Assembly (NCBI GenBank): GCA_039193195.1
Contig: JBCCWS010000004.1
Span: 101,908 to 165,907 of the forward strand
Reading direction: 5' to 3'
Source: Pseudomonadota bacterium
Lineage (GTDB): Bacteria > Pseudomonadota > Gammaproteobacteria > Steroidobacterales > JBCBZW01
DNA length: 64,000 nucleotides
In this document: piece by piece, positions 40,054 through 50,507 of the stretch
How positions within the stretch are numbered: position 1 is the stretch's first letter
How the letters are laid out: the number at the start of each line of letters is the position of its first letter
Made by a program: the position numbers and the translations under genes
Notes under the pieces: model-generated
The model's database searches: none
Told to the model about the DNA's origin: nothing
Seen by the model: only the letters and a program-made list of their open reading frames with translations

Positions 40054-41465
40054 TGGGGAGCATCCGTTGGCTGTCGGTCGCGCCGCAACCGCTGCGCCCA
40101 ATCATCGGCACTGGCGAGCACCGCGTTGAGATCGAGGCGAGTCGGTTGGCCGCCTTCCAGCAGCTGCCTGCCCGCCACCCAGACGTGGTCCACCTGAGCG
40201 GCGGCGGTGGCGTAGGCAAGTTGAGAGACGGGGTTGTGGATCGGCTGGGTGGCGGCCTGGCGCCAGTCGATGCTGATGATGTCGGCCCACTTTCCCGGCG
40301 TGAGACTGCCCGTTTGGTCGCCGAGGCCGAGCGCCCGGGCGCCGTTGATAGTTGCCATTTCGAGAACCTTCTTGGCCGGTACGACTGCGGGGTCCGCGGC
40401 CACGTGCTTGGCGAGGAAAGCGGTGCTGCGCAGCTCAGCGAACATGTCCAGGTCGTTGTTGCTGGCGGCTCCGTCTGTGCCGATAGCGACGTTCACTCCC
40501 GCCGCAACCAACGCTGCCACCGGGCACGCACCGCTGGCGAGTTTCATGTTCGACTCGGGGCAATGGACTACATGGCATCCGCGCTCAGCGAGAGCGTCGA
40601 TCTCGCCCGCCTGCAGCTGGGTCATGTGCACCCCCATGAGCAACGGCGAGATCATGTCGAGCTCAGCCAACTTCTCGATGGGGCGACAACCGTAGCGTGC
40701 GGTGAATTGCTCCAACTCGTCGGTGGTTTCGTGCAGATGGGTTTGGATCGGCACGTCGAGCTGGTCGGAAAGGCGGCGGATTCTCGCCATCGAGTCCGGG
40801 GATACGGTGTAGGGAGCATGGGGCGCGAACATCGTGCTCACCAGCGCGTCGCCCTTGTACTCATCGCGCATGGCCAAGCCCTTGGCGAGGTACTCGTCGA
40901 GGTCGCTAGCCCAGGGCGTGGGGAAGTCGAAGGCGACCATGCCAATACAGGCGCGAATGCCGGTTTCAGCTGCTACCTGCGCGGTTGCGTCGGGGAAGAA
41001 ATACATGTCTGCGAAGCAGGTCGTCCCGGAGCGGAGCATCTCGGCGATCGCTAGCTGGGAGCCCGCTCGCACGTAACCTGGTCCGACCCAGCGCCTCTCG
41101 GTTGGCCAGATATGATCCTCGAGCCAACGCATGAGCGGGAGATCGTCCGCCATGCCCCGCAACAGGGTCATCGCCGCGTGCGTGTGCGCATTGACGAGCC
41201 CAGGCATCAGCACGTGTCCCCCCAGCTTGATCTCTTCCTTACCCTGATAGCGCTGGCGGGCCTCGTCGGCGGGGCAGACCGCCGCGATGCGTCCGCCTCG
41301 CACTGCTACGGCGCCCCCAGCCATGGCATCCGGGTGCACAGTCTCGTCGACGGGCACAACCCAATCGGCGAAAAGTAGCGTGTCTACGGGTTCCATCGGC
41401 GCTCCGGCAACGGACGAGCGGGCCACGATGCCGGACCCGCTGGGGGACGGCAAGGGTCGGGCCAT
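40050..41465 (-). CDS. mtaD: 5-methylthioadenosine/S-adenosylhomocysteine deaminase (amidohydrolase, MtaD-like)
   Basis: LMPGLVNAHTHAAMTLLRG (HxH metal motif), HLHET, and HCPESNMKLASG. Adjacent to ubiG, as in Pseudomonas. The start may instead be ATG 41396 (MEPVDTLLF). Confidence 0.85.
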   Translation of the reverse strand: MARPLPSPSGSGIVARSSVAGAPMEPVDTLLFADWVVPVDETVHPDAMAGGAVAVRGGRIAAVCPADEARQRYQGKEEIKLGGHVLMPGLVNAHTHAAMTLLRGMADDLPLMRWLEDHIWPTERRWVGPGYVRAGSQLAIAEMLRSGTTCFADMYFFPDATAQVAAETGIRACIGMVAFDFPTPWASDLDEYLAKGLAMRDEYKGDALVSTMFAPHAPYTVSPDSMARIRRLSDQLDVPIQTHLHETTDELEQFTARYGCRPIEKLAELDMISPLLMGVHMTQLQAGEIDALAERGCHVVHCPESNMKLASGACPVAALVAAGVNVAIGTDGAASNNDLDMFAELRSTAFLAKHVAADPAVVPAKKVLEMATINGARALGLGDQTGSLTPGKWADIISIDWRQAATQPIHNPVSQLAYATAAAQVDHVWVAGRQLLEGGQPTRLDLNAVLASADDWAQRLRRDRQPTDAPQ

Positions 41466-41651
41466 GGAGTGTTGAACCCTACCGGTGGATAGCCACCGAC
41501 AAGACCTGTTTTGGATAGCGGTTTGGGCGCCGGTGTGGGGCGCACCTGTGGTATCCTAGCGGTTTGCTTACTCCTTGTTCCAACAACGCTTTCCACCCCC
41601 GGATGCGGCAACGAACGCCACGCCCGGCAAGGACTGCCTGCGAGCTGCTTG

Positions 41652-44309
41652 ATGTCTGATCCCGCCCGTGAAGTCGTCCCCGTAAATCTCGAAGACGAGA
41701 TGCGCCAGTCCTACCTCGATTACGCCATGAGCGTGATCGTCGGACGAGCGCTTCCCGATGTGCGTGACGGGCTAAAGCCCGTGCACCGCCGGGTGCTCTA
41801 TGCGATGCACGAGCTCAATAACGACTGGAACAAGGCCTACAAGAAGTCCGCCCGCGTGGTGGGCGACGTGGTTGGTAAGTACCACCCCCACGGCGACTCC
41901 GCGGTGTACGACACGATCGTCCGCCTGGCCCAGCCGTTCTCGATGCGCTACGTGCTGGTCGACGGGCAGGGCAACTTCGGCTCCGTCGACGGCGACCCGC
42001 CTGCGGCCATGCGTTACACCGAGGTGCGCATGGCGCGCCTCGCCCATGAATTGCTGTCGGACCTCGACAAGGACACGGTCGATTTCGTCCCCAACTACGA
42101 CGAGTCGGAGTCGGAACCCTCCGTGCTACCGGCGCGCTTCCCGAATCTGCTGGTCAACGGCTCTGCCGGAATTGCTGTGGGTATGGCCACGAATATCCCA
42201 CCGCACAATCTGGGCGAGGTGATCGACGGCTGCATCGCCCTGCTAGACGACGCGGACATCACGATCGATGAGCTGATGAAGTTCATCCCAGGGCCAGACT
42301 TGCCGACGGCGGGCATCATCAACGGTGCCCGGGGCATTCGCGAGGCCTACCACACGGGCCGCGGTCGGATCTACGTGCGCGCCCGATCGCAGGTGGAGGA
42401 GAATGGCGGTCGCGAGGCGATCGTCGTGACCGAGCTGCCCTACCAGGTCAACAAAGCCAGGCTTTTGGAGCGCATCGCCGATCTGGTGCGCGAAAAGAAG
42501 CTGGAAGGGATCAGCGGCCTTCGCGATGAGTCCGATAAGGACGGCATGCGCATGGTAATCGAGCTGCGCCGCGGCGAAGTGGCGGATGTTGTGCTGAACA
42601 ACCTGTTTAAGCAGACGCCGATGCAGAGCGTGTTCGGTATCAATACGGTAGTGCTGATCGACGGACAACCCCGCCTGCTTGACCTGAAGCAGCTGCTGGA
42701 AGCGTTCCTGCGTCATCGCCGGGAGGTAGTCACTCGGCGCGTCATATACGAGCTCGGCAAGGCCCGCGCCCGCGCCCACGTGCTCGAGGGGCTCGCCGTG
42801 GCGCTTGCTAACATCGACGCCATGATCGAGTTGATCAAGCAGTCCGCTTCGCCCGCCGCGGCCCGCGAGGGCCTGCTCGGACAGGTCTGGGCGCCCGGGA
42901 GTGTGGTGGCCATGCTCGAACGTGCCGGCGATCAGGCCACGCGCCCAAACGACCTGGAGGAGGGCTTCGGCCTCATCGATGACGGCTACCGCCTCACCCC
43001 CGTTCAGGCGAAGGCCATTCTCGACCTGCAGCTGCAGCGCCTCACGGCCTTGGAGCAGGACAAGATCATCGAGGAGTTCGGCGAGATCATCGATAAGATC
43101 CGCGATTTACTCGACATTCTGGAGCGTCCCGAGCGCCTGGAGCAGGTGATTCGCGAGGAGCTGCAGGAAACCCGTGAGAAGTACGCCGACGAGCGTAGAA
43201 CGCAGATAAGTCACGACCATCTGGACCTCACCGATGAGGACCTGATCCAGGAAGAGGACATGGTAGTGACCCTGTCCCACGGCGGCTATGCGAAGTCGCA
43301 ACCGGTCACCGACTACCGCGCTCAGCGTCGCGGGGGCCGGGGCAAGTCGGCGACTTCCGTGCGCGATGCGGACTTCATCGACAAACTATTCGTCGCCAAC
43401 ACGCACGATACGCTGTTGTGCTTCTCGAGCACTGGAAAGGTCTACTGGTTAAAGGTGTATCAGCTCCCCGTGGCTTCGCGCGGCTCGCGCGGCCGCCCCA
43501 TGGTAAACCTGCTGCCGCTGGAGCAAGACGAGCGGATCAATGCGGTGCTTCCGATCCGCAACTTCGAGGACGGCTACTACGTATTCATGGCCACTAGCGC
43601 AGGCACGGTGAAAAAGACTCCGCTGACCGCGTTCTCGCGGCCTCGCACCAGCGGCATCATCGCCGTCGATTTGCGCGATGACGACCGACTGGTGGACGTG
43701 ACGCTCACCGATGGTGGTGCCCACATCATGCTGTTCGGCAGCCATGGCAAGGCCATTCGCTTCGACGAGGACGACGTGCGCCCTATGGGCCGCACCGCCA
43801 CAGGCGTGCGCGGCATTCGCCTTCCGGAAGGAGAAGGCGATGACACTCATCAAGTAATCGCCCTTATCAGTTTGGAGCCGGAGGCCGGCGATACGACGAT
43901 GCTGCTGACCGCGACGGAGAACGGCTACGGCAAGCGTACCCCGGCGAGCGAGTACAGCTTGCAGGGCCGCGGCGGCCAGGGCGTGATCGCGATCGCCACT
44001 AGCGAGCGCAACGGCAAGCTGGTGGGTGCGGTTCCCGTGCTCGACGAGGACGAGATGATGCTCATCAGCCAAGCAGGTACGCTCGTGCGCACCTCCGTGG
44101 GGGAGGTCTCGATCACCGGTCGCAACACCCAAGGCGTGCGCCTCATCCGCCTGGACGACGGCGATTCCCTAACGGGGATCGAGCGCGTCGCGTCGCTGGA
44201 GGGCGAGGACGAGGAGGACGGCGTCGACGAGGAAGGCGAGGCGGGCGCAACGCCCGAGGGGGGTGGCGAGGCGGCCGCGGGCGACGGTGACTCGCCGCCG
44301 TACGAGTAG
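41652..44309 (+). CDS. gyrA: DNA gyrase subunit A
   Basis: [52 protein letters not shown] and [22 protein letters not shown] (QRDR region, active-site Tyr context MRYTE). C-terminal beta-pinwheel and an acidic tail. I chose ATG 41652 over the track start 41511. Confidence 0.97.
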   Translation: MSDPAREVVPVNLEDEMRQSYLDYAMSVIVGRALPDVRDGLKPVHRRVLYAMHELNNDWNKAYKKSARVVGDVVGKYHPHGDSAVYDTIVRLAQPFSMRYVLVDGQGNFGSVDGDPPAAMRYTEVRMARLAHELLSDLDKDTVDFVPNYDESESEPSVLPARFPNLLVNGSAGIAVGMATNIPPHNLGEVIDGCIALLDDADITIDELMKFIPGPDLPTAGIINGARGIREAYHTGRGRIYVRARSQVEENGGREAIVVTELPYQVNKARLLERIADLVREKKLEGISGLRDESDKDGMRMVIELRRGEVADVVLNNLFKQTPMQSVFGINTVVLIDGQPRLLDLKQLLEAFLRHRREVVTRRVIYELGKARARAHVLEGLAVALANIDAMIELIKQSASPAAAREGLLGQVWAPGSVVAMLERAGDQATRPNDLEEGFGLIDDGYRLTPVQAKAILDLQLQRLTALEQDKIIEEFGEIIDKIRDLLDILERPERLEQVIREELQETREKYADERRTQISHDHLDLTDEDLIQEEDMVVTLSHGGYAKSQPVTDYRAQRRGGRGKSATSVRDADFIDKLFVANTHDTLLCFSSTGKVYWLKVYQLPVASRGSRGRPMVNLLPLEQDERINAVLPIRNFEDGYYVFMATSAGTVKKTPLTAFSRPRTSGIIAVDLRDDDRLVDVTLTDGGAHIMLFGSHGKAIRFDEDDVRPMGRTATGVRGIRLPEGEGDDTHQVIALISLEPEAGDTTMLLTATENGYGKRTPASEYSLQGRGGQGVIAIATSERNGKLVGAVPVLDEDEMMLISQAGTLVRTSVGEVSITGRNTQGVRLIRLDDGDSLTGIERVASLEGEDEEDGVDEEGEAGATPEGGGEAAAGDGDSPPYE

Positions 44310-44316
44310 ATCTCCC

Positions 44317-45666
44317 GTGACCGAAGCCGCTGGCAGCGCTGCCGGTCCCGCCTTCGTCAGTGAACCTGGCGGATGTCTCCGGGGCGCTTTGCGCGTTCCC
44401 GGTGACAAGTCCATCACTCACCGAGCGCTGATGTTCGGCGCCGTGGCCGAGGGTGAGACCCGTATCCAACGCCCCCTTCGCGGTGAGGACTGCCTAGCCA
44501 CGGAGGCCGTCTTGCGCCAGCTCGGGGCCATCATCCAGGTGCAGGACGAGGGGCAACTACTCGTCGTGCAGGGGCGGGGTGATGGGGCTCTGAGCGGCGC
44601 CCGTGAGCCCCTGGACCTCGGAAACTCGGGCACCGGGATGCGTCTTATGGCCGGCTTACTCGCCGGACGCACGTTTGAATCGGTGCTGGTGGGCGACCGC
44701 TCCCTGACCCGGCGCCCCATGGAACGCGTGGCAGCCCCGCTTCGCCTGATGGGCGCTGACATCCAGACTACGAACGGTTGTCCGCCAGTGGTTATTCGCC
44801 CCCTCGCGAAGGGCGCTCTCCGGCCGATTCACTACCAGATGCCGATGGCGAGCGCCCAAGTTAAATCGGCCATCCTGATCGCAGGTCTGCGGGCAACAGG
44901 CGAGACGAGCGTTACTGAACCTGCCACGACCCGCGATCACACTGAGCGAATGCTGCGCGCCTTCGGCGCAGTTGTGCGCAGCACAGGCGGCATCGCTACG
45001 ATCCAGGGTCTCGAGCGTAAGTCACTGCAAGGACAGTCGATTACGGTCCCTGGAGACATATCATCAGCCGCATTCTTCCTAGTGGGTGCAAGCGTCTGCC
45101 CAGGCAGCGAGCTGCTGCTCGAAGCGGTCGGTGTGAACCCGACGCGTACGGGGGTTGTTGATGTCTTAAGGCTGCTGGGTGCCGATATCACCCAGGAGAA
45201 TGAGCGAACCGTAGGCGGCGAACCCGTGGCTGACCTTCGTGTGCGCAGCGCACGCCTCCAGGGCGCGCGCATACCGGAGCATCTGGTGCCCTTGGCGATC
45301 GACGAGCTACCGGTGCTGTTCGTTGCTGCCGCGCTGGCGGAGGGCGAGACGCTCATCACAGGAGCGGCCGAGCTGCGGGTAAAGGAGAGCGACCGCCTGG
45401 GCGCGATGGCGGACGGTCTCCGGCGACTGGGAGTGGATCTGGAAGTGCTCCGTGATGGCATGCGAATCCGCGGAAGATCGAGGCTAGAGGGTGGAGAAAT
45501 CGACAGTTTCGGCGACCATCGGATTGCTATGGCGTTCGCCGTCGCGGGCCAGCGGGCCGCCGATCCAGTGCTCATCAGAGAGACGGCCAACGTGGCGACG
45601 TCCTTCCCAGGTTTCCTTGACCTGGCCCAGGCGTGTGGTTGGCGAGTTCACCGTGTGGACGCGTGA
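44317..45666 (+). CDS. aroA: 3-phosphoshikimate 1-carboxyvinyltransferase (EPSP synthase)
   Basis: VPGDKSITHRALMFGAVAEGETRI, LDLGNSGTGMRLMAGLLAG, LRVKESDRL, and FGDHRIAMAFAVAG. The GTG at 44317 avoids overlap with gyrA, but the start is uncertain. Confidence 0.92.
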   Translation: MTEAAGSAAGPAFVSEPGGCLRGALRVPGDKSITHRALMFGAVAEGETRIQRPLRGEDCLATEAVLRQLGAIIQVQDEGQLLVVQGRGDGALSGAREPLDLGNSGTGMRLMAGLLAGRTFESVLVGDRSLTRRPMERVAAPLRLMGADIQTTNGCPPVVIRPLAKGALRPIHYQMPMASAQVKSAILIAGLRATGETSVTEPATTRDHTERMLRAFGAVVRSTGGIATIQGLERKSLQGQSITVPGDISSAAFFLVGASVCPGSELLLEAVGVNPTRTGVVDVLRLLGADITQENERTVGGEPVADLRVRSARLQGARIPEHLVPLAIDELPVLFVAAALAEGETLITGAAELRVKESDRLGAMADGLRRLGVDLEVLRDGMRIRGRSRLEGGEIDSFGDHRIAMAFAVAGQRAADPVLIRETANVATSFPGFLDLAQACGWRVHRVDA

Positions 45667-46382
45667 GAAACCAGCGAGTGTCATCGCCAACTGAACACGA
45701 GCGAGCCCCTCACGTTATCGCCATCGATGGACCTAGTGGGGTGGGTAAGGGCACGTTGGCAGGGCGTTTGGCATCGCACCTTGGCTGGCACCTTCTCGAT
45801 AGCGGCGCAATCTACCGGACCTTAGGCTACGCTGCGCTGCAGCATGGGGTTTCCCTAGACGATCCGAACGCCCTCGCGGAGCTTGCGAGCAGGCTGCCAC
45901 TGACATTTCTCCGAGGCGCCGAGGGCACCCCGGTCGCCCATTTGGATGGGGAGCCCGTAGGGGATGCCATTCGCGCAGAAGCGGCAGGAACCGCAGCCTC
46001 TCGGGTCGCCGCTTATCCGATCGTTCGAGACGCGCTGTTTGCGTTGCAGCAGGGATTTCGCCGCAGCCCGGGCCTGGTGGCGGACGGGCGAGACATGGGC
46101 ACGGTGGTGTTCCCCGATTCAACGCTAAAGTTATTCCTCACTGCGTCGGCCCGGGTCCGGGCCGAAAGACGGCATAAGCAGTTGATAGAAAAAGGGGTGA
46201 GTGCTACTATCCACGCCCTTTTCGAGGCGATCAGGGCGCGGGATAAGCGCGATCGGGAGCGCTCGGTGGCGCCTCTGATCCCCGCTGAAGACGCGGTCCA
46301 GATCGACACGACGTTGATGAGTGCCGAGACCGTCTGGCGTCAGGTGCTCATGCTGTTGCCGTCCGCGCTCGCCTCGAACTGA
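45663..46382 (+). CDS. cmk: cytidylate kinase
   Basis: IAIDGPSGVGKGTLAGRLASHLGWHLLDSGAIYR (P-loop), GRDMGTVVFPD, and R.RDKRDRERSVAPL. GTGA overlap with the aroA stop at 45663-45666. Confidence 0.92.
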   Translation: MRNQRVSSPTEHERAPHVIAIDGPSGVGKGTLAGRLASHLGWHLLDSGAIYRTLGYAALQHGVSLDDPNALAELASRLPLTFLRGAEGTPVAHLDGEPVGDAIRAEAAGTAASRVAAYPIVRDALFALQQGFRRSPGLVADGRDMGTVVFPDSTLKLFLTASARVRAERRHKQLIEKGVSATIHALFEAIRARDKRDRERSVAPLIPAEDAVQIDTTLMSAETVWRQVLMLLPSALASN

Positions 46383-46539
46383 GCGATCCAGTACGACTTC
46401 ATCGCGTACGCCGCTGCCCAGTTGGCGCAGCGGCGCACGTATTTCAGCAACGGGTCCGCGACTGCGCAGTATCTGCCGGCGCTTGCCCACAACCCGAGGA
46501 CGCGGGAGCACTAGTTCCCGTTTGGCTTAACACTAGATG

Positions 46540-48225
46540 ATGACTGAAAGTTTCGCAGAGCTCTTTGAAGAAAGCCTTGCCAGCCAACGGATCAAGCCTG
46601 GCACCATCCTAGAAGCCACCGTCGTGGACATCAGCCCGGATATGGTTGTTGTCAACGCGGGACTGAAATCAGAGGCGGTCATCCCCGCCAGTCAGTTCCA
46701 CAACGAGCGCGGTGAGCTCGAGGTCGCCATCGGCGACGTCGTCGAAGTGGCGTTGGACACCGTGGAAGACGGCTTCGGCGAGACGCGCCTGTCGCGCGAG
46801 AAGGCCAAGCGTGCCCGCACCTGGCGTCAGCTCGAAGAATCCTTCGAGAAGAACGAGATCGTGCAGGGCATCATCAATGGCCGGGTGAAGGGTGGCTTCA
46901 CGGTCGAGATCGAGAACGTGCGGGCGTTCCTGCCCGGCTCGCTGGTCGATGTGCGCCCGGTGCGCGATCCCAGCTACCTCGAAGGCAAGGTCCTCGAGTT
47001 CAAGGTGATCAAGCTCGACGCCCGCCGCAACAACGTGGTGGTCTCCCGTCGTGCCGTCGTGGAAGAAGAGTACAGCGCCGAGCGCGAGCAGTTGCTCGAG
47101 AGCCTGCAGGAAGGCCTCACGCTCAAGGGCATCGTCAAGAACCTCACCGACTACGGCGCCTTCGTCGACCTCGGCGGCATCGACGGACTGCTGCACATCA
47201 CGGACATGGCGTGGAAGCGCGTCAAGCAGCCCTCGGATGTGGTCCAGGTCGGTGATGAGATCACCGTCAAGGTGCTCAAGTTCGATCGCGAGCGCCAGCG
47301 CGTCTCTCTCGGTATCAAGCAGCTCGGTGCGGATCCCTGGGAGTCCATCGAGCGTCGCTACCCACCCAACACTCGCCTGTTCGGCAAGGTCACCAACATC
47401 GCCGACTACGGTTGCTTTGTGGAGATCGAAGAGGGCGTCGAGGGCCTGGTCCACGTGTCCGAGATGGACTGGACCAACAAGAACGTCAACCCCGCCAAGG
47501 TGGTCAACGTCGGCGACGACGTGGAAGTGATGGTCCTCGACATCGACGAGGAGCGTCGTCGCATCTCCCTCGGCATCAAGCAGTGCAAGCAGAACCCCTG
47601 GGCTGAGTTCGCTGATAACTACCAGAAGGGTGACAAGGTCATCGGTCAGATCAAGTCGATCACCGACTTCGGAATCTTCGTTGGCCTGCCCGGCGGTATC
47701 GACGGTCTGGTCCACCTGTCCGACCTATCTTGGGACGTCGGCGGCGAGGAAGCTGTTCGCAACTACAAGAAAGCTGAAGAGGTTGAGGCCGTTGTGCTCG
47801 CCATCGATTCGGAGCGCGAGCGGATCTCCCTCGGCGTGAAGCAGCTGGACCGCGATCCCTTTGCCTCTTACATCGCCGAGTTCCCCCGCGGTAGCATCGT
47901 CAAGGGAATCGTTGAGGAAGTTGACGCGAAGGGCGCGATCATCGACCTCACCAACGGCATCAAGGGTCAGCTTCGCGCCTCGGAACTCTCTCGCGACCGC
48001 ATCGAAGACGCACGCACGGTGCTGAAGGTCGGTGAGGAAGTGGAAGCGAAGTTCACCGGCGTCGAGCGCCGCAGTCGCATGGTTACGCTGTCGATCAAAG
48101 CCAAGGAGATGCACGAGGAGACGGAGGCGGTGCAGAGCTACGCCGCCGAGACGTCCTCCACGACGGGCACCAGCCTTGGCGATCTGCTGCGCGACCAGAT
48201 GCAGGACGACGAAGACGAAAATTAG
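46540..48225 (+). CDS. rpsA: 30S ribosomal protein S1
   Basis: [13 protein letters not shown] matches the E. coli S1 N-terminus. Six S1 repeats (e.g. [29 protein letters not shown]). Confidence 0.97.
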   Translation: MTESFAELFEESLASQRIKPGTILEATVVDISPDMVVVNAGLKSEAVIPASQFHNERGELEVAIGDVVEVALDTVEDGFGETRLSREKAKRARTWRQLEESFEKNEIVQGIINGRVKGGFTVEIENVRAFLPGSLVDVRPVRDPSYLEGKVLEFKVIKLDARRNNVVVSRRAVVEEEYSAEREQLLESLQEGLTLKGIVKNLTDYGAFVDLGGIDGLLHITDMAWKRVKQPSDVVQVGDEITVKVLKFDRERQRVSLGIKQLGADPWESIERRYPPNTRLFGKVTNIADYGCFVEIEEGVEGLVHVSEMDWTNKNVNPAKVVNVGDDVEVMVLDIDEERRRISLGIKQCKQNPWAEFADNYQKGDKVIGQIKSITDFGIFVGLPGGIDGLVHLSDLSWDVGGEEAVRNYKKAEEVEAVVLAIDSERERISLGVKQLDRDPFASYIAEFPRGSIVKGIVEEVDAKGAIIDLTNGIKGQLRASELSRDRIEDARTVLKVGEEVEAKFTGVERRSRMVTLSIKAKEMHEETEAVQSYAAETSSTTGTSLGDLLRDQMQDDEDEN

Positions 48226-48234
48226 GTAGTGTGG

Positions 48235-48264
48235 GGCGGTGCGCATCCAAGGATGCGCGCCGCC
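48235..48264 (+). terminator. stem-loop downstream of rpsA (no U-tract)
   Basis: GGCGGTGCGCATCC-aa-GGATGCGCGCCGCC: 14-nt arms with one mismatch, 10 nt after the stop codon. Confidence 0.35.
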
Positions 48265-48325
48265 ATTCGCACGGATCCATGGATCGGCGGATCTGTGCCC
48301 CGCAGTGCGCAGCGAGAAATAGGGA

Positions 48326-48628
48326 ATGACGAAGTCCGAACTCATCGAAGTGATCGCCCGTAAGCAGAAGCATCTGCCAGCGCGAGACGTCGAGCTGGCA
48401 GTGAAGCACCTGCTCGAGCTGATGAGCGATGCGCTCGCGAACGGGGAACGAATTGAGATCCGAGGCTTCGGCAGTTTCTCGCTGCACTATCGACCGGCGC
48501 GTACCGGGCGCAACCCCAAGACCGGCGAGGCCGTAGCGCTGGCCGGCAAGCATGTTCCGCACTTCAAGCCGGGGAAAGACCTGCGTGAGCGTGTTAACGA
48601 TGGACGCCACAACGAGATTCACTCCTAG
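48326..48628 (+). CDS. ihfB: integration host factor subunit beta
   Basis: [11 protein letters not shown]...[46 protein letters not shown] is canonical IHF-beta/HU fold. Conserved rpsA-ihfB order. Confidence 0.96.
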   Translation: MTKSELIEVIARKQKHLPARDVELAVKHLLELMSDALANGERIEIRGFGSFSLHYRPARTGRNPKTGEAVALAGKHVPHFKPGKDLRERVNDGRHNEIHS

Positions 48629-48673
48629 CGTCCCTGAGCGTTTTTCTAGCGGCGTTGCCTCACGCACCGACCG

Positions 48674-48964
48674 ATGATTCGCACCATCTACCTTACCCTG
48701 GTGCTGCTCGCCGCAGCCGCGGCGTCCGCCGTATTCGCCTACCTCAACCCCGGCACCATCACCTTAGATATCGCCTTCGCCGAGGTCACCGTGTCCACCT
48801 CGCTAGCCTTTGCGGTGGCCGTCGCCCTAGGCTGGGCACTAGGGTGGCTCAGCGCCGCCGTAGTTTTGGCGCGTGCAAAAGCCGATCAGTTTCTCCTCAA
48901 GCGTCGTTTGCGCCACGCGCGCACGGAGCTGCAGGAAGCTAAGCGCCTTCCCGGCCTCGATTGA
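48674..48964 (+). CDS. lapA: lipopolysaccharide assembly protein LapA (DUF1049-type)
   Basis: 96 aa with two TM helices (IYLTLVLLAAAAASAVFAYLN; LAFAVAVALGWALGWL) and a basic tail. Position after ihfB is as in many gammaproteobacteria. Confidence 0.7.
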   Translation: MIRTIYLTLVLLAAAAASAVFAYLNPGTITLDIAFAEVTVSTSLAFAVAVALGWALGWLSAAVVLARAKADQFLLKRRLRHARTELQEAKRLPGLD

Positions 48965-49079
48965 GCTTCCCACAGTAGCTCGAACGCCTTACTGGCACGA
49001 TCGCCCAGATACACGCACCACCCGGATGCGAGTCAGTCGATAGCATGATCATGTCCCTTTACACCAATGGAGTGTCATC

Positions 49080-49424
49080 ATGCGAAACCAAGTCAATCGC
49101 CAGTGGGCGTGGGCACGTGCAGCGCTGCTGATGGGGTGTTCGAGCATCGCTATGGCTACCGGTGTCCTCGCCAGTGAGCAAGCGGTGGTGAACATCAATG
49201 AAGCATCAGCACAGATACTTGCGGAGCACCTGTCCGGGGTGGGCGAGACCACAGCAGCACGTATCGTCGCCTACCGGGAAGCCAACGGACCGTTCCAACG
49301 CATCGAAGATCTGGTCCTGGTGCAGGGCATAGGCGAGCGCCTCCTGCAGCGCAATCGTCCGCGGTTGGTGCTCTCTGAGGCGCCGCAATCAGATCCAGCT
49401 CCACGCGGCTTCCTAAGCAATTAA
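49080..49424 (+). CDS. comEA: ComEA-family helix-hairpin-helix DNA-binding protein
   Basis: Signal/anchor segment, then VVNINEASAQILAEHLSGVGETTAARIVAYREANGPFQRIEDLVLVQGIGERLL (tandem HhH). Confidence 0.88.
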   Translation: MRNQVNRQWAWARAALLMGCSSIAMATGVLASEQAVVNINEASAQILAEHLSGVGETTAARIVAYREANGPFQRIEDLVLVQGIGERLLQRNRPRLVLSEAPQSDPAPRGFLSN

Positions 49425-49440
49425 CTGTATTAGGTACTAT

Positions 49441-49469
49441 CCGGCCGGTGGCGCGGGATCACCGGCCGG
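49441..49469 (+). terminator. perfect 10-bp stem-loop after comEA
   Basis: CCGGCCGGTG-gcgcgggat-CACCGGCCGG, 17 nt after the stop. No U-tract. Confidence 0.4.
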
Positions 49470-49579
49470 CTAAGCAAGACCGCAGGGGAGCGGTAGCCGC
49501 AAGAGATCGCCATCGCTGATCTCAGCCCCCTTGGCGATGTGCTACCATTTGCGCAGGCTATCAAAACAATGGAACTCCT

Positions 49580-50458
49580 GTGCTCAAGCAAGTCAAAACG
49601 GCAGTTTTCCCCGTAGCGGGCCGAGGAACCCGGTTTCTGCCAGCCACCAAGGCCAGCCCGAAAGAGATGCTGCCCATCGTCGACAAGCCGCTTATCCAGT
49701 ACGCGGTGGAAGAGGCGCTAGCGGCAGGCGTCGAGAAGCTCGTGTTCGTCACCGGCGCAGCGAAGCGTGCGATCGAGGATCACTTCGATTCGAATGCAGA
49801 GCTCGAGCGCTCACTAGAAGAGTCGGGCAAGCTGTCGCTGCTCGAATCGGTGCGGGCGATCGTGCCGAAGGACGTCACTTGCATCTACATTCGCCAGAGC
49901 GAGCCGCTGGGACTCGGGCACGCCGTGCTTTGCGCCCGTCCCGTCGTTGGCGACGAGCCCTTTGCCGTCCACTTGGCCGATGACCTCATCAACGGCGAGG
50001 TGCCCTGCCTAAGCCAGATGGGCGAGGTGTTCGGGCAGCGGGGAGGCAGCGTTCTCGGCGTCCAGACGGTTCCGCGCGATCAGACTGAGAAGTACGGTGT
50101 GGTGGAGGTCGAACCGGCTGGTGAGCGCGTCGGCAAGGTGCAAGCGATCGTCGAGAAGCCGAAGCCTGAAGAGGCGCCGTCGAATTTGGCGGTCGTCGGA
50201 CGTTATATCCTCACGCCTCGCATCTTTGAGCTGATTGGGCGCACCAACCAGGGAACCGGTGGTGAGATCCAGCTTACCGATGCGATCGGTGCGCTATTGG
50301 AGGAGCAACACGTCTTCGCCTACGAGTTCGAGGGTACCCGCTACGATTGCGGTAGCAAGCTCGGATATCTCAAGGCGTCCGTCGAGTACGGCCTTAACCA
50401 CCCCACGCTCGGCGAAGACTTCCGCGCCTATCTGAATGCGCTCTCCCATGATGAATGA
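49580..50458 (+). CDS. galU: UTP--glucose-1-phosphate uridylyltransferase
   Basis: [41 protein letters not shown] and [20 protein letters not shown] are collinear with E. coli GalU. Confidence 0.95.
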   Translation: MLKQVKTAVFPVAGRGTRFLPATKASPKEMLPIVDKPLIQYAVEEALAAGVEKLVFVTGAAKRAIEDHFDSNAELERSLEESGKLSLLESVRAIVPKDVTCIYIRQSEPLGLGHAVLCARPVVGDEPFAVHLADDLINGEVPCLSQMGEVFGQRGGSVLGVQTVPRDQTEKYGVVEVEPAGERVGKVQAIVEKPKPEEAPSNLAVVGRYILTPRIFELIGRTNQGTGGEIQLTDAIGALLEEQHVFAYEFEGTRYDCGSKLGYLKASVEYGLNHPTLGEDFRAYLNALSHDE

Positions 50459-50507
50459 GGACAGGTGAGGGGCGAGTGATGCCGCGAAATTCAGCGCGGG
50501 AAGTCTC

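Noticed and set aside
46669-47715. 348-aa ORF antisense to rpsA; similar long antisense ORFs at 24903..25841 (ligA), 40053..41054 (mtaD), 22267..23091 and 20540..21199 (smc), 13613..14158 and 14258..14908 (pnp), 7321..7983 (nusA)
   Set aside because: All lie opposite strongly conserved genes, and their products have biased, motif-free compositions. Stop-codon depletion in GC-rich antisense frames explains them.
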